A stretch of 64,000 nt of DNA from contig CAYPJU010000014.1 of assembly GCA_964411125.1 (NCBI GenBank), positions 5,566-69,565 of the forward strand. Direction: 5' to 3'. This document shows positions 37,235-46,418 of this stretch, piece by piece; within the stretch, counting starts at the first letter, position 1; every line of letters starts with the position of its first letter. The translations under genes and the position numbers were made by a program. This stretch comes from an uncultured Bradymonadales bacterium. Its GTDB lineage: Bacteria > Myxococcota_A > Bradymonadia > Bradymonadales > Bradymonadaceae. The notes below the pieces were generated by a model, which worked only from the letters and a program-made list of their open reading frames with translations, did not search any database and was not told the DNA's origin.

Positions 37235-38203
37235 ATGAGTGAGTTGCCGCGGCTCGTCCTCGTCGTCGGCCCGACGGCGGTCGGGAAGTCAGGGCTCGCG
37301 TTGCGGCTCGCCCGCGACCTCAGCGCGGAGCTCTTGAACGTCGATAGCGTACAACTCTACCGCGGTCTGGACATCGGATCTGCGAAGCCGTCCGGCGACG
37401 AGCGCGAAGAGATTCGCCACCACCTGGTCGACGTGCTCGATCCGGCGGAGGAGAACAACGTCGCAGAATTCGAAGCGATGGCGACGGGAGTGATCCGCGA
37501 CGCCGCCGACCGTGGAGTTCCGCTAATCGCCGTAGGGGGTACCAACCTCTACGTACGGGTCCTCGTGCACGGCATCTTCGATGCTCCACCCCCAGATCCC
37601 GCGCTCCGGGCAGAGCACCAGCGACGCGCCGACGAGGCGGGGGTTCCCGCGCTGCACGCGGAGCTTGCGAAGGTGGACCCGGACCTCGCCGCTCGCGTTC
37701 ATCCCAACGACCTGGTGCGCGTGAGCCGTGGGCTGGAAGTGTGGGCGTCGACGGGACGCCGTCTCAGCGAACTGCAAGCGGAGCATGCGTTCTCGACGCC
37801 GAACGTCGAGGCGATGAAGATCGCGCTGAACCGTCCCCGCCCGGAGCTGTACGAACGGATCAACGCGAGAGTGGACGCCATGATGCAGCGAGGGCTTCTC
37901 CAGGAGTACCGAGAGCTTGCGGCGAAATCTCCGCCCGATTCAAAGGCGCTGGGAAGCCTCGGATACCGGCACATGGGGATGTTGGAGCGCGGCGAGGTGG
38001 ACGAAGAGGAGGCCGTGCGGCTGCTGAAACGCGACACCCGACGGTTCGCCAAGCAGCAAATCGGCTGGCTGCGGAGCGAACGCGACGTGCACTGGGCGAG
38101 GTCCCCCGTGCCGTACGAAGCGCTGAGGGAAGACGTCGCCGCTTTCTTCGAGGGTGGCGAACCGCGCTTCGAGTGGGTAGATCCAGACGCGTCGAAGTTG
38201 TGA
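37235..38203 (+). CDS. miaA: tRNA dimethylallyltransferase
   Basis: 322 aa. P-loop GPTAVGKSGLAL, then VDSVQLYRGLDIGSAKPS and HHLVD. Confidence 0.9.
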   Translation: MSELPRLVLVVGPTAVGKSGLALRLARDLSAELLNVDSVQLYRGLDIGSAKPSGDEREEIRHHLVDVLDPAEENNVAEFEAMATGVIRDAADRGVPLIAVGGTNLYVRVLVHGIFDAPPPDPALRAEHQRRADEAGVPALHAELAKVDPDLAARVHPNDLVRVSRGLEVWASTGRRLSELQAEHAFSTPNVEAMKIALNRPRPELYERINARVDAMMQRGLLQEYRELAAKSPPDSKALGSLGYRHMGMLERGEVDEEEAVRLLKRDTRRFAKQQIGWLRSERDVHWARSPVPYEALREDVAAFFEGGEPRFEWVDPDASKL

Positions 38204-38223
38204 TCCTCCAGGAGGACCGAGAG

Positions 38224-39315
38224 ATGTCCAGGCCCCTCGTCACCGAGAACATCGAAACCCTGAAGCCATACAAAGCGGGCAAGCCGATCGAGGAGCTCGA
38301 ACGAGAGCTCGGGATCAGCGGATCGATCAAGCTGGCGTCGAACGAGAACCCGCTCGGGCCGAGCCCGGCCGCGGTGGAAGCGATCGTCTCAGCAGCGTCG
38401 GGGGTCAATTTCTACCCTGATGCCGGGACCTTCCGACTGCGTCACGCGATCGCCGACCACGTCTCGATCGACCCCGACGAAATCATCGTCGGCAACGGGT
38501 CGAACGAGGTGCTCACCATTGCGGTGCGGACGTTCTGCGAACCGGGGAGCAACGCGGTCGTCTCGGACTACGGCTTCATCGCGTATCGTCTGATCCTTCA
38601 AGCGGCCGGGATCGAGACCCGCAGCATCCCGACGGACGACCGATTCGCCCAGGACCTCGACGCGATGGTCGCTGCCTGCGACGACGCGACGAGCATGCTC
38701 TTCCTCGCGAACCCGAACAATCCCACCGGCACTCATGTCGGTGCCGAAGAGCTCCGCGCCTTTCTGACCGCTGTGCCGGAACACGTCGTGGTCGTTCTCG
38801 ACGAAGCGTACGTGGAGTACGCCCGCGACACGGATTACGCCTCGGCGCTCGCGATGCGGGACGCTCGCGAGAACCTCCTCGTCTGCCGAACGTTCAGCAA
38901 GATCTATGGCCTGGCGGGCCTGAGGGTAGGGTTCGGGGTTGCGCCGCAGGAGCTGATCGACTTCATGAATCGGGTGCGTGAGCCCTTCAACTCGAGCCTC
39001 GTGGCTCAGGCTGCAGCGATCGCAGCGCTCGGGGATCGGGAGCACGTGCGGCGTTCGGTCGAACAGAACGAGGCGGGACGCGAAGTGCTGGAAGCGGGAC
39101 TTCGCGCGTTGGGATGGGATTTCGTCCCGTCGCAGACCAACTTTCTGCTCGTCCGCACCCCACGGCCCGGAGGGCAGATCTACGACGCACTGCTTCGGGA
39201 AGGGGTCATCGTCCGGCCCGTGGCAGGCTACGGCCTACCCGATTGGATCCGGGTCTCGATCGGCACGACCGAGCAGACGGAACGGTTCATCGCGGCCGCG
39301 AATCGCATCGCATGA
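38224..39315 (+). CDS. hisC: histidinol-phosphate aminotransferase
   Basis: 363 aa from ATG 38224. LKPYKAGKPIEELERELG...IKLASNENPLGPSP and the PLP-lysine context RTFSKIYGLAGLRVG are present. Confidence 0.9.
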   Translation: MSRPLVTENIETLKPYKAGKPIEELERELGISGSIKLASNENPLGPSPAAVEAIVSAASGVNFYPDAGTFRLRHAIADHVSIDPDEIIVGNGSNEVLTIAVRTFCEPGSNAVVSDYGFIAYRLILQAAGIETRSIPTDDRFAQDLDAMVAACDDATSMLFLANPNNPTGTHVGAEELRAFLTAVPEHVVVVLDEAYVEYARDTDYASALAMRDARENLLVCRTFSKIYGLAGLRVGFGVAPQELIDFMNRVREPFNSSLVAQAAAIAALGDREHVRRSVEQNEAGREVLEAGLRALGWDFVPSQTNFLLVRTPRPGGQIYDALLREGVIVRPVAGYGLPDWIRVSIGTTEQTERFIAAANRIA

Positions 39316-39372
39316 CGGTTGGGTGCAAAGGCGCGAAGTGCTAGTACGCGCTCGTACTTGGTTGGAGAGTTC

Positions 39373-40026
39373 ATGATCATCGCAATCGACGGTCCCGCTG
39401 GAGCGGGCAAATCGACCATCGCCTTCGAGGTGGCACGGCGGCTCGGGTTCCAGCTCGTGGACACGGGTGCGATCTACCGCACCGTCGCACACCGCGCCCG
39501 CACCGCGGGGCTCGACCTCGATGACGAACTCGCCGTCGCCGAGCTGGCGGGTGATCTGGACTTCCAGTTTCGGATCGAGGACGGCGAGAACGTCGTCTAC
39601 TGCGACGGAGAGCGTGTGGGCGACGAGATCCGCACGACCGAGAACAGCATGGCGGCGTCCGTGGTGTCCGCACACCCGGCGGTCCGTGAGGCGCTGCTGG
39701 AGCTTCAGCGCTCTCTCGGAAAGTCGCGACCTTCGGTGCTCGAGGGCCGCGACATCGGGACCGTCGTGTTTCCCGACGCGGACCTCAAGGTCTTCCTCAC
39801 CGCCTCCCCTGAGATTCGCGCGCAGCGGAGGGTCGATCAGATGGCGGAGCGCGGCGTCGAAGAGGACTACGACGCGATCCTGCTGGAGATCCGCGAACGC
39901 GACGAGCGCGACTCGAGCCGACCGATCGCTCCGCTCCGCCCCGCCGAAGATGCGCGCCAGATCGACTCGACCGCGCACACGATCGAAGAGGTCATCGAGA
40001 AGATTCTCGCGCTCGTCGATCGCTGA
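39373..40026 (+). CDS. cmk: (d)CMP kinase
   Basis: 217 aa from ATG 39373. IIAIDGPAGAGKSTIA...DTGAIYR...EGRDIGTVVFPDA are present. Confidence 0.9.
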   Translation: MIIAIDGPAGAGKSTIAFEVARRLGFQLVDTGAIYRTVAHRARTAGLDLDDELAVAELAGDLDFQFRIEDGENVVYCDGERVGDEIRTTENSMAASVVSAHPAVREALLELQRSLGKSRPSVLEGRDIGTVVFPDADLKVFLTASPEIRAQRRVDQMAERGVEEDYDAILLEIRERDERDSSRPIAPLRPAEDARQIDSTAHTIEEVIEKILALVDR

Positions 40027-40035
40027 GCGACCGCC

Positions 40036-40206
40036 TCACTCGGCTGCCTTACCCTTCTTCAGCTCGGCCGCTTTTTTCTCCGCCGCCTCCCGGGCCATCG
40101 GCCCGGCGACGAGCTCGTAGATCCCGAGGGTGACCTGCTCGCCATCGAGGACGACGACGTCGGTGGGGTCGTTCAGGTTGCGGTAGACGTAGTACTTGTT
40201 GGCCAT
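40036..40206 (-). CDS. small hypothetical protein (56 aa)
   Basis: ATG 40206 is preceded by a strong AAGGGAGAA Shine-Dalgarno. The product is MANKYYVYRNLNDPTDVVVLDGEQVTLGIYELVAGPMAREAAEKKAAELKKGKAAE. No family recognised. Its coding status rests on the RBS and non-shadow-like composition. Confidence 0.4.
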   Translation of the reverse strand: MANKYYVYRNLNDPTDVVVLDGEQVTLGIYELVAGPMAREAAEKKAAELKKGKAAE

Positions 40207-40306
40207 CGGTTCTCCCTTGGTGGTGAGTGGGGGAACGTCGGCGCGAGGCACCTGCATTCCAGCAGCGGTGTTCGACCCGAACGACAGCTCTGGGGCTCGC
40301 GCCCCG

Positions 40307-41584
40307 CTAGATGGGGGCGGAGGGGGTGAGGAAATGGCCGAGACGTCGCAGTTGGGTGACGTCGTGCACGTCCTCACCGAAGAGCGGGATCGTACGAAGC
40401 AGGCGCGGGTCGACCTTCTTCGCGAAGCCAGCAATCAGGTCTCTGTTGTGCGCCGCGATCGCTGACAGGCGGCGGTATTGCTCGTCGAGTTGCACCGCGA
40501 GCGTCTCAGCCTCGCCAGAATCGACGCCCTCCCCTTCCAGCGCCGCACGCAATGCGTCCTGGTCGACGGCGTCGAGATCCTCGACGGAGAAATTCGGGAT
40601 CACCCGGTTCAGGATGAAGGCCCCCGCCTTCTGGTCGAGCTCGGAGAGCTTTTCGTGAAAGAAAATCGCTTCCTTGATGCGCCGGGCGTCCGCGCTCGTC
40701 ACGACCATGAAGTGGGTGGCGGGATCGCGGAGGATGAAGTCGATCATCTCGCCCCGCGACCGCAGCGCCTCTTGCAGGAACTGCAGCGTATCGAAGAACT
40801 CGACGAGGTCGTCGATGAACGCTTGTCCGAAGATCTTGCCCATCAGCCCCATCACCACCGACCCGGCGGGATTGACGATGCGTCCGAAGAAACCTCCCGA
40901 CTGCTTGCTGGGGAGAAACCACTTGATGATTCGGTCGTCGAAAAACTGTCGGGCCCGGCTGGGGGTTTCGAGAAACTCGAGCGCGTTCTTGGTGGGGGGC
41001 GTATCGAGCACGACGAGGTCGAAGTATCCTCCGGTGTAGAGATCGTGGAGCTTGTCGAGCGCCATGTACTCCTGCATTCCGGCGAGCGCGGACGAAAGGA
41101 GTTTGTAGATGTTGTTCTGGTGGGATCGCTCCAGGGCGCCTTTGTCGGGTGCATAACGGCTGACGAGGTCGTCGAGCGTCTGCTGCTGATCGAGCATCAT
41201 CGCCCAGAGTTCTCCGCCTTCGGGGATCTCGACGTCGGGAACCCGGCTGGCGAGCTCGATCCGTTGCGGTTCGTTGGTGAGCTCGTCGAGCCCGAGGCTG
41301 TTCGCCAGACGTCGCGCAGGGTCGATCGTCAGGACGATCGCCTTTCGTCCGGCGAGGGCTCCTCGCAGGCCGAGCGCAGCCGAGGTGGTCGTCTTGCCGA
41401 CCCCTCCGGGGCCAGCGCAGACGATGAGGCGCCCCTCTTGGACGATTTTCAGGATGTGGTCGTTCGAACTCACAGGTCGGCTAACGTAACCCCCGCGTGC
41501 CCGAGGAACAACGTTCATCGGACGAATCAGTTCGTTCGGTTCCCGCAACGGAGAGAAGAGCCGTGGCGGTCTCCTCCGGGCCAC
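40307..41584 (-). CDS. ArsA/Get3-family P-loop ATPase (long subunit)
   Basis: The deviant Walker A is IVCAGPGGVGKTTTSAAL, followed by VLTIDPARRLANSLGL and VVLDTPPT. The start is either ATG 41584 or ATG 41518. Confidence 0.8.
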   Translation of the reverse strand: MARRRPPRLFSPLREPNELIRPMNVVPRARGGYVSRPVSSNDHILKIVQEGRLIVCAGPGGVGKTTTSAALGLRGALAGRKAIVLTIDPARRLANSLGLDELTNEPQRIELASRVPDVEIPEGGELWAMMLDQQQTLDDLVSRYAPDKGALERSHQNNIYKLLSSALAGMQEYMALDKLHDLYTGGYFDLVVLDTPPTKNALEFLETPSRARQFFDDRIIKWFLPSKQSGGFFGRIVNPAGSVVMGLMGKIFGQAFIDDLVEFFDTLQFLQEALRSRGEMIDFILRDPATHFMVVTSADARRIKEAIFFHEKLSELDQKAGAFILNRVIPNFSVEDLDAVDQDALRAALEGEGVDSGEAETLAVQLDEQYRRLSAIAAHNRDLIAGFAKKVDPRLLRTIPLFGEDVHDVTQLRRLGHFLTPSAPI

Positions 41585-41591
41585 CGTGAGT

Positions 41592-42599
41592 TCAGGAGGC
41601 GAGGTTGGCTTCGTCGTCGTCGTCGCCGTGGAGCAGCACGCGGGTCATCCTCTGGAGCAGGCGGCGGGCGTCGATTTCGTAGAAGACCGGCACCTCGACG
41701 ATCTCGACGTCCAGCTTGTCGGCGAGCACACCCAGGTAGTGGCGATCCCGTTCGGTCCAGTCGAGCGCCAGCGCGCTGCCGGCGATGAGGCGGCCGAGCC
41801 CGTCCATGTCGTCTTCGGCGAGGGCTTCGGCTGGCTCCGTCTCGCCGTGGACGCGGCGCCGGACGGCGCCGAAAGCGGCCCGCTGAGTAGGCTCGATCGG
41901 GCTGTCATGCACCATGTTTGCAATCACGAGGTCGAGCCCGCGGCCGAGCGTGTCTCGTATCGCTCCGGCCAGCTCCACCGTCTCGTTGACCGGCATCTCT
42001 TCGGGAAGACACACGGCGACGATCGCGGTCTCCTTCTGTTTCTGGATCTGCTGGTGGATCTCGACGGCGCGTTTGGCGATCGGGCCGCGCCCCCGCATCA
42101 TGTCGTGCAGAGTCTTGGGAACGTTGAGGAAGGTCACCGCATGCCCCGAGGCCGGCAGATCGACGATGACGTGGTCGTAGCCGCTCGTCTCCATCTCGTC
42201 GACGTAGAGTTGAATCTGGTCGAGCAGCACGAACTCGCTGACGGCCGGGGCGCTCTTGAAGAACGCTTCGGTGACGCGGTTCTGGGTGATGGCGCGGACG
42301 ATGCGTTCGCTCGGCAGAAACCGCGTGAGGGTCGAGACGAGACACTCCGCCGCGCTCAGGTTCACGACGTCGAGGCGCTCGCTCACGCGGTGCGGTGTCG
42401 TCGATGGCGGGGCGGTGACGCCGAGCATTTCGGTCATCGCCGAGAAGGTGTCGGTCTCGACGACGAGGGTGCGTCGCCCCTGCTCTGCGAACGCAGACGC
42501 GAGAGCGGCCGAAGCCGTGCTTTTGCCCACCCCGCCCTTTCCGGTGACGAAGACGAGGCGCTTTTTCAGGAGACGGTCCCACATCGGGTCTACTCGCAC
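41592..42599 (-). CDS. ArsA/Get3-family P-loop ATPase (short subunit)
   Basis: 335 aa. Walker A is VFVTGKGGVGKSTASAAL, followed by VIVDLPASGH. It ends 7 nt before the next ArsA-like ORF. Confidence 0.8.
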   Translation of the reverse strand: MRVDPMWDRLLKKRLVFVTGKGGVGKSTASAALASAFAEQGRRTLVVETDTFSAMTEMLGVTAPPSTTPHRVSERLDVVNLSAAECLVSTLTRFLPSERIVRAITQNRVTEAFFKSAPAVSEFVLLDQIQLYVDEMETSGYDHVIVDLPASGHAVTFLNVPKTLHDMMRGRGPIAKRAVEIHQQIQKQKETAIVAVCLPEEMPVNETVELAGAIRDTLGRGLDLVIANMVHDSPIEPTQRAAFGAVRRRVHGETEPAEALAEDDMDGLGRLIAGSALALDWTERDRHYLGVLADKLDVEIVEVPVFYEIDARRLLQRMTRVLLHGDDDDEANLAS

Positions 42600-42674
42600 T
42601 GATTACCCGCACGCGGCGGCTCTTCTGGCTATCGGTCGACGGCGTATTCGTCAATCCGCGCCGTCGCGGGGGGC

Positions 42675-42702
42675 AAAAAAAAGCCCGCCTCGGGGGCGGG
42701 CT
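42675..42702 (-). terminator. rho-independent terminator downstream of rpsA
   Basis: On the minus strand, a GC-rich 7-bp stem (GCCCGCC/GGCGGGC) is followed by T8, seen as A8 at 42675-42682 on the plus strand. It lies 20 nt after the rpsA stop. Confidence 0.75.
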
Positions 42703-42721
42703 TTTCGAGAGTCGGAGAAGA

Positions 42722-44446
42722 TCACTCTTCTTCGGATCCCGCTTCGCTGGCGAGGTCGCCGAGCTTGCCCTTGAGGAGGTCACCGAGCTGTGCGGTGGCT
42801 GCTCCCTCGTCGGTGTACTCGCGCAGATCTCCGCGCTCGGAGCGTCGGACGAACGACTTGATCGACAGGGCGATCTTGCGCTCTTTGGCGTCGACGCTGA
42901 TGACCTCGGCCTTGTGCTCCTCGCCGACCTTGACGACCTGCGAGGGGTCCTCGATGCGCTCGTTCGAGAGCTCCGAGATGTGAATGAGGCCTTCGACGCC
43001 CTCCTCGATTTCGGCGAATGCACCGAAGTCGGTGAGCTTCGTGATGACCACGTCCACCACCTTGCCCGGCGGATAGCGCTGGGGAATCGTCTCCCACGGA
43101 TCCGGCTCGAGCTGCTTGATACCGAGCGAGAAGCGCTCGTTCTCGACGTCGATGTTGAGGACCACCGCCTCGACCTCGTCTCCCTTCTGGAAGATCTCGG
43201 ACGGGTGCTTGATCTTCTGCGTCCACGAGATGTCGGAGATGTGGACGAGTCCGTCGATCCCGTCTTCGATGCCGATGAAGATACCGAAGTCGGTGATGTT
43301 GCGGATCTTGCCGAGGATTCGCGTACCGACGGGGTAGCGCTCTTCCAGCAGCGTCCAGGGGTTCGGGTCGATCTGCTTCATGCCGAGCGAGACTTTCTTC
43401 TGCTCGGTGTCGATGCTGAGGACCACGACTTCGATGACCTCGTTCTCGTCGACGACCTTGGACGGGTGCTTGATGCGCTTCGTCCAGGACATCTCGGAGA
43501 TGTGGATGAGGCCTTCGATCCCTTCCTCGAGCTCGACGAACGCACCGTAGTCGATGAGGCTGACCACTTTGCCGAGGACCTGAACGCCTTCGGGGTAGCG
43601 GTCTTCCGCGCCTTCCCACGGATCCGGGGAGAGCTGTTTGTAGCCGAGGCTGACGCGCTCCGTCTCCGGGTTGAACTTGAGGACCTTGACCTGAATCTCG
43701 TCACCGACGTCGAAGAGCTCGGACGGGTGCGAGACGCGGCCCCAGCTCATGTCGGTGATGTGCAGGAGGCCGTCGATGCCGCCGAGGTCGACGAACGCAC
43801 CGTAGTCGGTGATGTTCTTGACGATACCCTCGATGACCGCGCCTTCCTTGAGCTTCTCGAGGGTCTTGCCCTTGAGGTGCTCGCGCTCTTTCTCGAGCAG
43901 CGCACGCCGGCTGAGGACGATGTTGCCGCGCGAGATGTTGCACTTGATGATCTTGAACGCGAACTCTTCGCCGATGTAGCGGTCGAGGTTTCGGGTCGGG
44001 CGAAGCTCCACCTGGCTGCCGGGGAGGAATGCTTTGACCCCGATGTCGACCTGGAGGCCACCTTTGACGCGGTTCGTAATCACGCCGCGGACGAGCTCGT
44101 CGGCATCGTACTTTTTCTCGATCTCTTCCCACACGCGCATGCGGTCTGCTTTCTCTTTGGAGAGAATGCATCGCCCGGTGTCGTCTTCGCGGGTCTCGAC
44201 GAGCACGTCGACCGAGTCGCCTTCGTTGACGAGCAGCTTGCCCGAGTGGTCTTTGAACTCGTCGATCGAGACACGGCCTTCGGATTTGAAGCCGATGTCG
44301 ATCAAGACGTAGTCGTCCCGGATTTCGAGGACGCGACCGCTCGTGATTTCGTTCTCGCGGATCTGCGGTGTTTCGCCACCGTCGACCTCCGCGAGCATCG
44401 CCGCGAAGTCGTCTGTGGTGGGGAAGTTCGTGGTTTGGGTTGCCAT
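42722..44446 (-). CDS. rpsA: 30S ribosomal protein S1
   Basis: Six S1/OB repeats are visible (e.g. GRVLEIRDDYVLIDIG, GVITNRVKGGLQVDIG, GIVKNITDYGAFVDLG, GKVVSLIDYGAFVELE, GKIRNITDFGIFIGIE, VVITKLTDFGAFAEIE). The start is ATG 44446 (MATQTT...) or ATG 44467. Confidence 0.95.
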   Translation of the reverse strand: MATQTTNFPTTDDFAAMLAEVDGGETPQIRENEITSGRVLEIRDDYVLIDIGFKSEGRVSIDEFKDHSGKLLVNEGDSVDVLVETREDDTGRCILSKEKADRMRVWEEIEKKYDADELVRGVITNRVKGGLQVDIGVKAFLPGSQVELRPTRNLDRYIGEEFAFKIIKCNISRGNIVLSRRALLEKEREHLKGKTLEKLKEGAVIEGIVKNITDYGAFVDLGGIDGLLHITDMSWGRVSHPSELFDVGDEIQVKVLKFNPETERVSLGYKQLSPDPWEGAEDRYPEGVQVLGKVVSLIDYGAFVELEEGIEGLIHISEMSWTKRIKHPSKVVDENEVIEVVVLSIDTEQKKVSLGMKQIDPNPWTLLEERYPVGTRILGKIRNITDFGIFIGIEDGIDGLVHISDISWTQKIKHPSEIFQKGDEVEAVVLNIDVENERFSLGIKQLEPDPWETIPQRYPPGKVVDVVITKLTDFGAFAEIEEGVEGLIHISELSNERIEDPSQVVKVGEEHKAEVISVDAKERKIALSIKSFVRRSERGDLREYTDEGAATAQLGDLLKGKLGDLASEAGSEEE

Positions 44447-44645
44447 GTACGACCTTGTGTACTGCAAAGTGCTGAGGGTTACCGCCGCATCGTCACCTCG
44501 ACGATCGCGTCCAAACGGATACCGTTCGCTGTGGAGAGCCGCGAAAAACCGCCGCGTGGCGGGTACTTGCGCGCCGCTCGAGAATTCGCCCGCAGAATCA
44601 ACAACTTACAACATGAACGCATTTTCGCCTGCGAAGCGAGCGCGC

Positions 44646-44674
44646 AGACTAGCCGCCCCACCCCTCGGTGTCAA
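44646..44674 (-). promoter_or_regulatory. candidate sigma70-type rpsA promoter (TTGACA-N17-TAGTCT)
   Basis: On the minus strand, TTGACA lies at 44674-44669 and TAGTCT at 44651-44646. This implies a roughly 200-nt leader. Pattern match only. Confidence 0.3.
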
Positions 44675-44783
44675 TCGAACCCCCGAGCCGGTCGCGGACC
44701 GAACGAATGGCAAGAAGAAGTCTAACGGTCGTCGCCGACGGGATTCACTAGGGTGGATCTCACGACACGAGGAGGAGAGAGCG

Positions 44784-45524
44784 ATGGGCGAGTTTCTGAC
44801 TTTCAAGAGTGGCAGCGTCGAGCGGTCGCGCGCAATGCGGATCGAAGAGGACGGACGAGGCGAGATCGTATGGATGGGCGAGCACGGCGTGCCGATGGCC
44901 TCGCGTGAGTTTCGCCTCGACCCGGAGTACGCCTGCTTCTTGATCGCGCGGGCGCAACTGCTGGTAGACGAGGTACCGGAAGCGGCGCGTGGAGACGTCA
45001 CAGTAGGGTATGGAAACGGGGTCTGGGAGCCGACGCTCCGACAGCTCCAGAGCGGTTCGGCCTCGGCGGGACGCGAAACGGTGGCCGAGCTGCGTGAGGT
45101 GGCAGATCGCCACGACCCCAGAGGAGAAGTCGGGATGGTGGCCCGGCAATCCGAGGCGGGCGAGCGGGCGGCGGGACCCGATGCCAGCGCAATCGCCCTG
45201 TGGGCGGCTCTCTTCTTCGGCGTCCACGCTGGGGCAATCGTGGTCGCCGCGCTCGTCGGCGCCATTTTGATCGCGGTGAGCCCGCTCGCCGGTGCGATCG
45301 TCCTCTTCGGAGGGCTCTTCGTCGGATCGGTTGGGGCGTACTTCGGCGTGGGGCATGCCTATGGGGCACGCTATTCCACGGGCCATGGTGTGGCGCTGCC
45401 GGCGGTCCTCTCGATCTTCGTCCCGGCTCTGTTGATCGCCGCGTTCGGTGGCGGGTTCGCGATGGGTGGAACGGTGCTCCTGCCCGCCGCGGCTTGGGCG
45501 GGCGCACGCTTCGCCTGCAAGTAG
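44784..45524 (+). CDS. hypothetical membrane protein (soluble N-domain plus Gly/Ala-rich TM helices)
   Basis: 246 aa from ATG 44784, preceded by GGAGGAGAGAG. The C-terminal 110 aa form Gly-zipper-like hydrophobic segments (ALWAALFFGVHAGAIVVAALVGAILIAV...). Confidence 0.5.
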   Translation: MGEFLTFKSGSVERSRAMRIEEDGRGEIVWMGEHGVPMASREFRLDPEYACFLIARAQLLVDEVPEAARGDVTVGYGNGVWEPTLRQLQSGSASAGRETVAELREVADRHDPRGEVGMVARQSEAGERAAGPDASAIALWAALFFGVHAGAIVVAALVGAILIAVSPLAGAIVLFGGLFVGSVGAYFGVGHAYGARYSTGHGVALPAVLSIFVPALLIAAFGGGFAMGGTVLLPAAAWAGARFACK

Positions 45525-45551
45525 TTCCTTCCAACTCTTTTTTCCGAAACC

Positions 45552-45597
45552 ACCTCTCCTCTACTCCGTCTAAGGAACGACCATCGAGAGGAGAGGT
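45552..45597 (+). promoter_or_regulatory. 11-bp perfect stem-loop that pairs with the Shine-Dalgarno of the downstream SDR gene
   Basis: ACCTCTCCTCT (45552-45562) pairs with AGAGGAGAGGT (45587-45597), with a 24-nt loop. TTTT follows, and the TTG start lies at 45599. Confidence 0.5.
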
Positions 45598-45598
45598 T

Positions 45599-46300
45599 TT
45601 GACAGAGCAACCCATCGCAGTCGTCGTCGGGATCGGGCCGGGGAACGGCTCGTCGTTCGTCCGCAAGTTCGCCAGTGAGGGGTACTGCGTCGTCGCCCTC
45701 TCCCGAAGTGAGGAGTCACTCACCCTGGTCGACAGCGTCGAAGGCGCTCACGGCCACGTATGCGACGCAACGGACGCCGACGCGGTGCGGGAAGTGTTCG
45801 AACACATCGTGGCGGACCACGGTCTCCCGGACGTCGTCATCTACAATGCCGGTTCGGGCACGTGGGGCCCGCTCGACGAGGTCGAGCCGTCGGATTTGAC
45901 GGCGAGCTGGGAGGTGAACGCTCTCGGCCTGTTCCACGTCGCGAAGGCGGTGCTCCCCAAGATGCGAGAGCGCGGCTCGGGAGCGCTCGGCGTGACCGGA
46001 GCGACGGCATCGACGCGGGGCAAACCGTTCACGACTGCGTTCGCGCAGGCGAAGGCCGCGCAGCGAAGCCTGGCGCAGTCGTTCGCGCGCGAGTTCGGCC
46101 CGGCGGGGGTCCATGTCTTCCATTTCGTGATCGACGGAGTCATCGACCTGCCGCGGACGCGTGAGAGAATGCCGGACAAGCCGGACGACTTCTTTCTCGA
46201 CCCGGACGACATCGCCGAGAGCGTCTATCGGGCGGCGATCCAGCCGAGGTCGGCGTGGACGTTCGAGTTCGACCTTCGACCGCACGGGGAGAGTTGGTGA
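45599..46300 (+). CDS. short-chain dehydrogenase/reductase family protein (atypical active site)
   Basis: 233 aa from the inferred TTG at 45599. The Rossmann motif is VVVGIGPGNGSSFVRKFA and NAG is in YNAGSG. The expected YxxxK reads FAQAK (TTAFAQAKAAQRSL). Confidence 0.75.
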   Translation: MTEQPIAVVVGIGPGNGSSFVRKFASEGYCVVALSRSEESLTLVDSVEGAHGHVCDATDADAVREVFEHIVADHGLPDVVIYNAGSGTWGPLDEVEPSDLTASWEVNALGLFHVAKAVLPKMRERGSGALGVTGATASTRGKPFTTAFAQAKAAQRSLAQSFAREFGPAGVHVFHFVIDGVIDLPRTRERMPDKPDDFFLDPDDIAESVYRAAIQPRSAWTFEFDLRPHGESW

Positions 46301-46418
46301 GAGCGCCCCGAAGTAGGGACTCGCAGAGGTCGGAGTGGGTGCGGAACGCGGGCCGCCGGGTCTTGCGCGTGGGGCGGCACAATGATACGACTCGCGGGCC
46401 TCGCAGTCTGGTGCGAAC

